Assembly: GCA_965202585.1 (NCBI GenBank)
Contig: OZ241833.1
Span: 23,746,001 to 23,810,000 of the forward strand
Length of the DNA stretch: 64,000 nucleotides
Direction: 5' to 3'
Origin: Thalia democratica
Lineage: Eukaryota
Part shown: in pieces, positions 34,841-46,800 of the stretch
How the letters are laid out: each line of letters opens with the position of its first letter
How positions within the stretch are numbered: the first letter of the stretch is position 1
Made by a program: the position numbers and the translations under genes
The notes under the pieces: generated by a model
The model's input: only the letters and a program-made list of their open reading frames with translations
Told to the model about the DNA's origin: nothing
Database searches by the model: none

Positions 34841-37800
34841 CTAAATTAAAAAGTGAATATGAGTTAAAAATACGAGTCAGTTAAAACATTGTTCAAAACA
34901 CGAGTTAAAGTAAAGTTAAAAAATTTGCAGTTGTCAAAGTTGTGCAACTGTAATTATTTAACATGTATTTTATGCTTGCACCTTAGTTTGTTGAATTTTG
35001 TAAAGCTTTAAAACTCTTACCATGTCTTTACCGCTCCAAACAGATCCGTTCGAGTTGATAGCCATGTCTGCGCAACTGTCTTCGCTCGCCTCCACAATTG
35101 AGCTTCTGTCTGTTTGTTTGGATTTTTTGGCGAACACATCACCGGAGCTGTAACCGTAAACCTGAAGGAAACATCGAATAGTTAGACTTGAGAAAGAAAT
35201 CAAAACTTTGAAAAAGGCTTAAAAACATAAATTTTATATGGAGTTTGCTTTATAACAAATAGACGAAATGTTTGGTCAATAGTCCGCGTAAAACATCCAA
35301 GTGTTTTATAGATTAAGTCTTTTGACAGTTAGAATCTAAGGACAAAAAAGATAAAAGACTTACCTTGTTGTCTGATGTGCTCTCAATTGATTGAATAGGC
35401 ATGTGATGGAACTGAACTTTTTTGCTCACAAGGTTGCTTTGAACTTGGCTCGACTAAAGAAAGATAAAAAAATAAAGTTAAAAAACAAATAGACAAACAA
35501 GTTCCTTAAAAAATACTATGCAATTGTGGTTGTTTTTTGTTTGTTTTAACGCTATAAACAATGTAATTTACTTTTTTTAAAGTATAAACTTTATTAATAT
35601 TTTTACAAAATAAGAATTACCATTGGGTTAGATCCGCACATGTCACAGGACAAATGGAGGATTACTTGCTGAGATCCGGCTCTGAAAGGAAGCTTGCTTG
35701 CAAAATTAATCGCATCAACTCCGTTGGCTGATACATCGTTTGAACTCAAGTCTATTCTTCTGATCACTTTAGATATGTCACCCTGTTTGAAGTTGAAATG
35801 TTATTTTTGTGTAAAGTACTACGTTTATTTTTATATTGTTTTTACACAGCTAGATTCAAGCAAAGGTTTTACATAGTAGCTAATTTGAAAATGTTAATTT
35901 ATAGCAGGTCAACACCAAGTATTTTTTTAAAAAGTTTATTTTTCAGAAAATTACAACTTTTGTAACTAATGTCAAGTCATTTTACAATAACTTTCAACCT
36001 TTAATGTTAGTCTTTATCTCAGCATTGAAAATATGGCTCGCTATTTATTGATTTAAAAAGTTTAAACTTACTCTTCTGCTAGATGAAATCTTTCCTCTCA
36101 TAGTGAATGAATGAGGCTCATTGTTGGCACCTGGACCTCCATACCCAACAACATAATATTTAGTGTTTGGTAATTCCACAGATGAGAAAGACTGTGAAGA
36201 CTGCTTCAAGAATTTTCTCAAAAACTTGCTCAAAGAGCGAGAGTGCTTTCTAAAGAAAAAAAATGTATGTTTAAGTATTTAAATGAACACTAACAAACAA
36301 AACATAAAAGTTATATGTAACTTAATAAGAAAACTTTAAAATAGAAAAGAAACGAGTCAAATTTAAATTTAACAATTAAAATATTTTACCAAACAAAATA
36401 GTTTCAAAAAAGGTAAGCTATTTGAGTATATTAAGTAAAAATTGAAGCAAATAATTGTGTAAACAGATCTTTAAATCAATTTAGGTTGTCTATTTATATA
36501 GATTTTTAAAGTTTTCAAAAACCTTAGACAGCTGGATTCTTGAATGACAAGTACAACGTCAACTGATCCAGTTTCCGCCTTAGTTGATTCTCCAACTGCA
36601 AGCGACATTCCTGTAGATTCATCAATACACCTCAAGCAGTCGTTTGGCATAGCAATATCCACGCCTTGCAGCTTACAAGTGAGCTGGTAGGCCTTAGCAA
36701 CGTTGCACATCTGGGCAGCTTCGACATGGCACATTTCTTCAAAGGCAGCTGCAGAAACAACAGGGAAGCAAGACACAAATGGAGATGTCATAGAAGTAAA
36801 GAGTGATGAGCAGGCACTTGATGGTTCCGAAGTGTACCTCACCGTGCTAGCAGACATACACATTGACGATGTAACCTGTTTACGTTTTAGTTTTTTGTTA
36901 GTAAATACATACTTTTAGCTGTTTATACAAAATAGATCTAAAGTCTACAAACATTAAATGTTCGATTTTAAAGTTATTGTAGAAGTGTTTTTCGTTTATG
37001 TTTATAGTTTATTGTTTTACTAGTACACAAACAAAGTAAAACTTGTATAATTGTTTTTTCTCAAAACAAAAGAATAATTTTTACCTCCCAAGATCTCGCA
37101 AAGTCTTCAACACTTCTCTCCAGTTCACCGTCGGGATTGACAAAGTCGAAGGCTGGCTCGTTATCGAAGACACCGAGAAGACCTCCAGTTGAAGCAAAGT
37201 AGAACGGATTGATTTCAACAGAAAGTAGACCAGTATTTTTGTGGTATTCAACATTCAGGTCATCGTTGAATGTCAGTTTGATTACGCTACCAACTTGTTT
37301 GACGTTCTGTAATAATAATAATTCTTTAAATTTTATGTAAACAACTTAAAACTAAAACATTTTTTTTATCAAAGTAACTGTTTCTTAACTACTCAAGAAT
37401 AAAATAATTGTAATCAAGACAGTAAAACTATTGTATATAATAAATTGTAAATTTAATAAGAAAGATTTTTGTGTACAGTTATTATTAGTATATTAAATAT
37501 CAAAACTTACAAGTCCCTTTTCTGAAATGATTGGAAGAATAGCATTTTGGTTGTTGTACGCTACATTTCCATTAGAGGTAATGATAACGCTTTCACTTCC
37601 GATTCTAATATCGTAGGACGGTGTATCTTCTTTGTAGTTGATAAGGATGGTGAAGTTTCCACTGCTACCATCAGTTGCTAGTATGTGGCTACTTTCACAA
37701 TCACTCTCAAAGTCAAAGTGACGTCCATCAAAAGTACGGAAGTTCTTAAAGTCCGATACAAATGCTCGTCCCTATTTAAAACAACCATAAGCCATTAATA

Positions 37801-40800
37801 AGATAGAACTACTTTTATTGAGACGAAAAATAGTTATAGAAAAATTTGAACTGTTGTTTTTTTACTTAACAAAAAATTAATAAACCTTGAATGGAGGAAT
37901 GTGCTCGATGATTGGCAAGTTCAAGAACGCCTTGGCTCTGTAGTAGTTGTTCACGTAAAGCTGCACGACCGGCACGAACTTGGTGAGTTGATCGATCATC
38001 GCGGTGTCTCTCACCCACTCATTGATGTTCGACGGCTCAGGTGAGCTCAAAAAGTCGACGTCGGTCAGCTGTAAAAAAATTTGCTCGCCATCAAATTCGT
38101 TTTCTCTACCAGCTGTATTTACGGTCAATGACTTTTTAAAACTCACAAATTCGACGTTAAATAAAAATGATATTTTAAAGTTTTTGCTGAAAACCAAAAA
38201 AAAATTGTGCTTTTAAATTTTTATAACGTTTTTTACTTAAACATAATTTGCACGAAATATACTTTCATTAATTTAATCACCGACCTTGATAGAGAGCGGA
38301 ATCGTGATAACAACGTTGTCGTTCGTCACAAGCACCAAGTCTTCCAACGGAATGCGAATCAGCTTGAACATGTCGCTGATGCAGCTTGAGACGTACTCTC
38401 CAGCTCTCTCCACTCCGTCTTCGATGATTTCAACCATGACGTCGCCAGCGTTGAAGCAATCGAGAGCCAGCTTGACTGCGTTGAGCTTTTCCTTGATCAC
38501 TTGGTTTATGCTTTCAACCGTTTGTGACTTGTAGTGCTCAATGACGCTGTCCAGCGGTTGTGCCAAGAAGTTGTTGAGAACTTCGATGTAGCTAAGGAGA
38601 TCAACAACAGTTTCTTTTACGAGCTCTCTAAGATCTGATTCTGACTCTTCAACAGTGTCCAAAAGATCACTCACATATTCTTGACTTTGATCTTTCATGT
38701 TGTTAACTAATAAGACCATCTTTTTGAAAACGACCAGGACGTTTTCGTCGACTTGATTGCTTCCAGATACGAAGCTTGAAATCGAGTTCACAATATCAAT
38801 GACGTTGTTAGCAAAACTTTCGGTGTAAGTGTCAAATCTGGCTGTAACCACGCTCAATACATTTTTGAAGAAGCTTGAAAACTCTGGGTTGGCGTTCAAC
38901 TCGATCTTTATGAATTTTTCGTCTACGATGCTGATGACAGCTTCTGCTATTTGAGTTTCAACGTCGGATAAAGTACTAGACAAAGTCAAACTTGCCTTGT
39001 TTTCGTTGACGGCTGCTGCAAGGTTCAAGGTGAAAACACCTTGACTTCCAGAGTCAACTCCTACAAATGCAACGAAACTTTGGCTGCTTTCCTCAACTCC
39101 GTACAACAGTTTTACATCTGAAATACTTTCCTTCAAAAGGTTGTGCACTATGTTGCTGATCTCGCTGAGAATTTGTTTCGCGTCAACGGTAACAGATACA
39201 GGAGCTTTACCAGGTTGCAACCAAGTCAGCGAGATTGTTCCGTCTTCAGTGTTGTAAATGGTATCCAGCTCCCAGTTTTCGTTGTCAGCTCCCTTGACGT
39301 TTGTCAACGATGCTTTGAATCCCTTTTCTTGTCCTTCCTGGACGATCACAAAAGAAGCTTGGAACTCAGTTTCAGTTGACGGGCAGTGGACTTCAACGGA
39401 GAAGGCGTTGTTGGCGACGCTGTACTTGCTTTCGAACAAGGGACTTTCCATTGTTGAGCACTCGACGACGAGCGAACCGTCAAACGAATCCGATCCCTTC
39501 TTCCAGCTCTTTCTGACGGAGACGGGCGCTTGGAGGAACTCGTTGTCGAAGGTGGTCGTCACTCTTACGCCGTTGCGCCTCTGCAGCACGTTGACCTGCA
39601 TCTCGTTGCGCTTCGGCAGCTGCACTCCGAAAAGGCTGACGTCGTGGGGATGCGCGACCTCCACGCCCATGTCGAAGCGGTCGGTCCTGGAAGAGCTGGC
39701 CGCGTTCGTTTTCACGGCGAGCTTGTACTGGTCGAACTCGTCCACGGTGAGCGTGTAGCTGCACGACGGGTAGGAGAAGTCGCCCGCTTGCCACGCGCTC
39801 AACACCAAAGAACGAACGTTGAAGAACTCGGACAGCGGTCCCGTTCGAATGACGCTTTCGGTTGTGTAGTTGTAGCTCGTCGGAGTGTCGTCGCGCGTCA
39901 TTTTCATTCCGAACACCACGGCTGGGTAGCTGTTGATCTGGACAGATGTTTTGGTGTCCACCATGTTTTCGTTGGATGCGAATCCGTTTTCAAAGTCAAA
40001 GTAAACTGGTTTGCTGAGATAGTAGTAGAAAGGCAGCGCTGAAACGAACTTAGCTTTAACCTTATAGCCTTCGCTGTTTTGTTTGAGGCTGAAAGAGCTT
40101 TCAATTTTAGTATAGCCCTTATCCTCAAATGCAACTGCTAACGCAGGATTTCTCAAATCGAAAGTAGTGTTCAAGGAAACCAAAAATTTACCACGAATTA
40201 CATATGGAACGTAACGAAATTGTACCACAGAAGTCATTTCTCCTGTCTCATCGTTGTAGCCAAAGTTTATTAAAACAGCATCACGGTTTTTCACTTGAGC
40301 AGTTATTTTTGTTTCAAACGCATTTTCGTTTTCATGTTCTACACCGTAACTTAAATAAAACAATTCATCGGAAATTCCATCGGTTTCTTCGTTAATGACC
40401 AACTTCCATCCTTCCTCGAAAGGTTGAACGCTTGCTGTATATTTCTTGTTTTCTGTTCTGTATTCTAAACCATACCTGTCTTGATCTACGTTTTCTAGTG
40501 TGTACACACTTACACGGCCACCGTATCCATAATGGACAATGATACGTTCACTATAACTTAGATTTATTTCCGATTCAATGCCGTTGAACTTTGTTTCAAC
40601 GTAAGTATCGGAAACGTTCGCTTTAATCATGACATCCAAGTTTACTAGTTCAGAGTTTACATTAATAATAGCTGTTCTTGAGTCTTCGGAGCTATCGTAT
40701 GAAACTGAAGATGCAAAGTCAAAGGTGTACAGTGTTCTAATTATTCTAAGAGGTCCATTAACATTAACTGAAGTAGCAAAGTGACCTAGGTCAAATTCTG

Positions 40801-43800
40801 TGACAGCCTCAAAGGTGAAATTTTTGTTGATGTTTCCAGTTGTTTGAATACCATTTTCAATGCTAGTAAGTTCTACTTCGAAGTTATAGATTCTTGGGAT
40901 GTCTAGCATGCAGGATACTTTATTTTCAGAAGTTTCAAACTTGAAAATTTCATCTTCATCCGCTTGCAGAAGAATAGAAGTATAAGGTGTTCGGGTATAC
41001 TTAAAATTGACAGTGTCTTGATAAATGAACGGTAAGTTTTTAGCTTCAAGGGTGACTTTTGTGCCTGAAACTTCAGCATCAGCTGACATAGGTATTCCAT
41101 ATCTTACTAAAGCTGCTTTGGCAACATAACTATCTGAATCGTGTACATAGTTTATTTCCATGTCTCCTTCTACGTATTTTCCGAAGTTAGTTGAAGACTT
41201 AAACGACTCGAGGAAACCGTTGACATCATTTTCTAGGTAAAAGTCAAAACTTACGTCACTGTTCGGTATAAAGCTTTGTTTAAGCAGAAGCTTGTAGTCC
41301 AGTGATTTTTCGTCGATGTAAAAAGTTGACTGCATGTCTACGCTGGAATCATCCGTCGAAACCTTCAATGAGTGGGAGTTTTTGTTGGTGTCCTCATCGT
41401 ATGAAGCAGTGTACGACAACTTGTAGTTTTGCGGGTAGTCTCTTACTCGTCTGGGTAAGTCGAGCTCCACGTTCACACTTCCGTGTTTTGCTTCAAAAAC
41501 GAAAAGTGACTGTTTGTTTAAGTCGACCTCAAAAGAAGCTTCTGCTACGTAGCCTTGATAAGTAGCGTATTTGGGGACGGCATCTATTTTCATGTCGAAA
41601 AACTTAACTACCATAGGGTAACTGTACTGGTAGACTTTGTACATAGAATCTTCAACTTCATCAGTGCTTGTAATTTCTCCGAGGTTAAAAGCGAATGCGT
41701 TCTCTTCGTTGACAGTGTATTCGACCTTGAGAGCCGCAGGGTGGTTGTTGTAATAAAAGTTAAAGTCGTTGACTTCCGAATCTCCGAGTTTGAAGTTCAC
41801 CTTGAGCTCAGCGCTTTCTCGTTTTTTGATCATGAGCGAACCGGTGAAGTAGTTGTTTTTGTCATGCTGAGAGCCTTCGCTGAAGTTCACTTCGTAAGTG
41901 GTGGAAAGGTCGTCGTTGGCTTTGTTGCCCGACAGCACGACCAGCCTTCGCTCGCCGTTGTAGTTTTCCGTGATGCTGAGCTTGGCTTCTTGCGAGTTTG
42001 ACTCGGAATCGGCCGTGAGCGCGTACCTCATGTAGTTGCCGTTGTTGACGGCAGCTTCAAGCCTTCGGTAGTAGTCGTACAGTTTGAAGCTGACGGTAGA
42101 CGTCGTTGACGGATCGATGAACTCTCTCAAAAACTCGTTGTTGTGGTTGAAGTCGAGTTTGAAAGCGACGGAGCCTTGTTCGTGGTTGACGTTGTAGAAC
42201 GATCGAACGTTGTAGTACATGTCGTTCACGCTGTAACGCCCGGTAAAGTTTTTAGAAGCCATGTCTAAACCAGCGTCAAAGTTAAGGTTTAGTGGGGTTG
42301 TGTAGTGAGTTACAAAGTTGTTGACACTCACAACTATTCTCGGTGTTTCTGAAAAGACGTCGTAATCGAAGCTAATGACAGACTCACCTTGCTTTTTAGT
42401 TGTGAATCTTAAGTCAAAGTTTCCGAAATTTCTGTTGAGACGAGTTGTTAAAGAAACAGCGGTTGGTACATACATTTCTAGTTCAGGAATGCTGTGAGAT
42501 AGGCTGAGAGTGGAATCGCTGTTTTCGTAAGTAAGAGTTCTTTCATCGCTGTCAATTTTCAATGAAACTTCAAAATCTCTTGAAGAACCTCTGAAAGATA
42601 GTGAGACCGTACTGGGGAAGTCTTTGAGCTCAGGGAGTTCTTGTCTTGCTGTATAAATGTGGTTTTCAGTGTCAAAGTCAAAGCTTATCAGTCTTTTAAC
42701 GTCGTCAACTGAAACTGAAAGTTCACCGTTTGTTGTCGGCAAGAGTCCACCGGTGACACGCACCTCTACGTCATAAGGTATGAAGTATGGAGTCAGTGCT
42801 TCGAAGTTGTGCTGGAAGCTCAATGTACGGTTTTCAACATCGACGGCTGCGTTCAGCGATCCTCTGAATTCGCTGACCAAAACCGTCAAGTCCGCTTGAT
42901 AAGGAGACTCGAGGAAAACTTTAGTAGAAAGGCCGAGCGGAGAATAAATCATGGAACCCGAGCGGAAAATGTTGTGCTCAATATTGATATCAAAATCGAA
43001 ATTTCCCTGCATGTCTGTTTTCCTGCTGGTCTTTACGATCAAAAACAGGTCGTTAAAGTTAAGCGTGAGCTCTACATCAGCCAAGCTCTTGTATTCAACT
43101 TGAACGTTCATTGATTTAGGAATGAAGTCAATTGGAAGATCGTGTTCCAGTGAAAATTTAAGCTGCTTAACGTCAGCTTCAACGGTCAGTGTGCGGGTAT
43201 TCTCGTCGAGTTTCAAAGAAGATGTCATCTTAGGATTTTCGTACCCTCCCTCGAAAGAAGCTTCGAACGAAGCTGACTTGGGGATTTCGTCGACGATGCT
43301 TTGCTCGACCGTGACAGAAATGCTTCCCTGTTCAGCAGCGAGCGAGCCGATGAGCTCAAGCGCATTTTCTCCGTTCAGCTCAACGCTCAAAACACTTTCG
43401 CTTGCGGACGGTTTGAAGGAAATAGCAACGGTCGACGCTTTTCCTTTCACAACCTCGATGTCAACATTAACTTCGTTGTCTGGAGACTTTGTTAGCTTAA
43501 AGCTCAGTTCTGAAGGCAGAACTTCAGTTTCAAAAAGCTGGTGGATTTTTAAGTCTACCTCATCAACGGTGATTAAGCCCTGCACAGAAGCGTGTTTCTC
43601 TCCGTTTATTAGCAGCTTTATTTCGTTGTCTTCTTTGTTAAATGAAAACTCGGCTTGACTTTCAAAGTTTAGTCTCGCTGATTTGATATCTGCAGAAGCC
43701 TTGAGCTTTGGTATTGGACCTAATTCAAAAGCTACTGACGCTGTCTCTTCGCCGTAAGACGCAGCTAGAGAGGCAGATGTTTCTCCTACACCGTAGTTAC

Positions 43801-46800
43801 TAACGAATTTAAATCCCATCGAGTTTGGAATGTCCATAGCGTTTAGAAGCGAGTTTTCATGTACAAAGGATGCACTAAAAATTAAGTCGGAAGGCGAATA
43901 TCTCTTGTATAAGTTCAAAGTGTGAGAAAGTACTTCTTCACCAAAAGTGACGTTGGCGCTGATCAAAACGCTGCCTCTATCACATTCACCGAACATACGT
44001 CCTTGCAGATAGTTTGGAACTTCGTAGGCCTCTAGCTCCTCGATATCGTGAGACAAAGATCCTGACACAGTAACAGATTTATCGGTGAGTTCCCAGCCGA
44101 GGTTCAAAGCGACGGTGTTTTGAACATCGTCTCTGTTGAAGACCAGAGTAAGGTCTTTTCCGTCTAATTGCGCTTCAGCCCTCAAACTGAACGGAACTTG
44201 TAAGCTCTTCCATTGCTCATTGTCGTGTTTCAACTCTGCATAGACGACTTTCTCATCACTGTTTATACCGTTTTTGAAAACAAAAGTCAAATCATCCGAG
44301 GTTGTTACTTCCATTGTGGTGTCTATCACAAGAGGCTTGTTGGCATCACCGTTGTAAGTCATAGTTATTGAAATGTCTTCTAACAAATCCGGATTCCATT
44401 CTTGTTTCAACTCTGCATTGATGACGTGAGTGTAGGAACTGTCCTCTCTCTCGGTTACAAGATCTGCATCGAAGTTTACCATAGTTTTTCTTCCAAGTAT
44501 GAACTTGTACGACACCTGAGGATCGACAGTGTCTACTTTACCGGACAACTTTACTCTTCTAGGGAAGTTCGGAGAATCTTTGACAAAGCTTTGAGTCATT
44601 GCAAATTCTGTCGCGTAGAGGCCGTCTTCAGCTTCAATTTCGTAGCCAATTTTAGCGTCTTTGTTGTCCACGCTCAGACGAACTCCTGCTTTCAACCAGT
44701 TTTCTTCCCTAAATATCTTTACCTTCATTTTTTTAGGAAGATATTCTGCAAACAAAGATTGTTCGTGCTTGTAAATAATTTCAGTAAATTGGGAGATAGA
44801 ATCTCCATCGTAGCTGAGTTCAATTTCGACTTCTTCTTCTCTTTCTCCCCACAGACCGGTCGCAGTAAGGAAGAATTCCGAGGGCAACAACTCATACTTT
44901 CCTTCAATTCCCATCACAGTCGGGATTCCGTACTCTTCCAAGATGACGAAACTGTGTTCAACTTTGAAGATGAGCTTTTTGGAAGCGGTGATGAAGTCGA
45001 AAGTCACGTCAATGCTTTTTCTTTCCGTGTCGTACAGCACGCTGATGTCGAAGTCGGATCCGGTTTGAACAACTTTGACAGACATGTTCGCAGGAACACC
45101 GTAATCGAGCATTAGACCAACGTTGTGTTCAAGCGAAGTGTAGAACGAACTGTCGTACGGGTTTTTGGTCAACGCAAAAGCCACGTGCTGCTTTTCCTGC
45201 CCGTAAGTCCAACGAAGCGTAATTGACTTGTAAACAATGTCTGATTGCTCATCGGATCCTGAAATGTCGATGCCATAGCTGAAGTTCTTTGGCAGCCACT
45301 CTTCTTCGAAATCGTGCTCTCCTCCAAGCTGGAAGTTCCAGTTGAACAACTCAGCTCTCAAAGAAATTTCAGCGTTGTTAACAAAAGTAACGTCTTCTGC
45401 GTTGAGCCTAGGGTACTTTCTTGTGACTGTCGTTACGAGTTTTGTTTGAGTCGACGCGTCGTTAAGATTGAGATGAATCAAGTTTCGTGACTCGAGCTGA
45501 ACAAACGACGGAACCTTCAAAAACATTCCGGTTTCTGGGTTGTTGAGATTGTTTTCAACAGTAATGACAAGTATGTAGTTGTCATCATACAGTTGCGGAG
45601 CTACTTTAATAGAAGCAGTGTATGGTCTCAAACCATCCGTATCTAGAGATCCAGAAATTTGTGTGTACTGTCTGGGAACATTCTTGAACTCAATACCTAG
45701 ATCGAAGTTCGGCTCGCCCATTGAATAGGCGACAATACCGCTATTTACTCTTGCACTCGTTGTGAGAACTCCTTCGCTAGTAATTTTTAAACCAGCATCT
45801 AGGCTTAGGCAAAGAACATCTCTCACATGACCCAGATTTAGAGATGCTGCAAGGTATCTTGTGCTGCTAAAAGAAGAAGCTTCTAGATTAAAGCTTATAT
45901 CTTTTGGAATATAGAGACTATCATAGTCGTTACTGTATGTATATTCGTACAATTCTGTAGAAAGACCCACTTTATCGTTGTAAGAAGGTTTTCCAATAAC
46001 CATTCTTAGTTTTTCATTATGGACCGGTCCATCGTCACCTTTGTAAGACGACACATATTCGTTGGTGTACGCGTCAACAGTAATAAAAGACGTGTTCACT
46101 TCTAAGTTAGTGTAAAACTGAGCAAAGATGTTTTGATAGTACTTATCTTGGAATCTAAACTCGTTAGGTTGAGGATAAAATCTTGTTTGTTCGTGCACAT
46201 ACTTGTATTCATCGTACTGTACGATCATCAAGCTTTTCACGTCACCAATCGAAAACTTGAAAGAAAGTACTTGTGGCAACAGTTCATTGAAGTTTTGGTT
46301 GAACACGATGTTTAACTTGGTGAACGGGTTTGCATCTAGATCGAAAACTGCCGTGGCGAGTTTATCGTTTGCTTTACTTTCGAGTATGATAAGCGAGGGC
46401 TCAAACTTGAATTTAAGATTGTATTTTCCGTACATTATTTCGCAGTCTGAAGAATAATCAATGAGCATATCCACATAGTAAGGGGAAGTAATAGTGTGGT
46501 GGAAGTCAACCGAGGTTGTTGATTCGTTCCAAACAAGTTTCAGGCTTTGGGTCGACTGATCGTCAGCTTTTCCAAAAAGTTGGTAAACTTGGTCCTGATA
46601 CTGGACTTTAAAATTAAACAAACCCATGTATCCTTCTACGTTTTCAATATTAAACTGATTTGTGTCAACATCAACACCTGCAATAACTTGGACATTTGCT
46701 GGGTCCAAATTAACAGCTACTTTAGTGTGGGGTATGTCTGCACCTACTATTTGTTTATCTCCGCCAAGAACAGCTACGCAGTAAGGATACTTGTCTGTGT

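Noticed and set aside
39258-45115. Long plus-strand ORFs antisense to the giant exon (39258-39758, 39530-40042, 41555-42001, 43122-43658, 44402-45115) and minus-strand 39480-39794 as overlapping genes
   Set aside because: These are shadow frames expected from biased codon usage and high GC3. They show no recognisable motifs, splice signals or independent codon logic.
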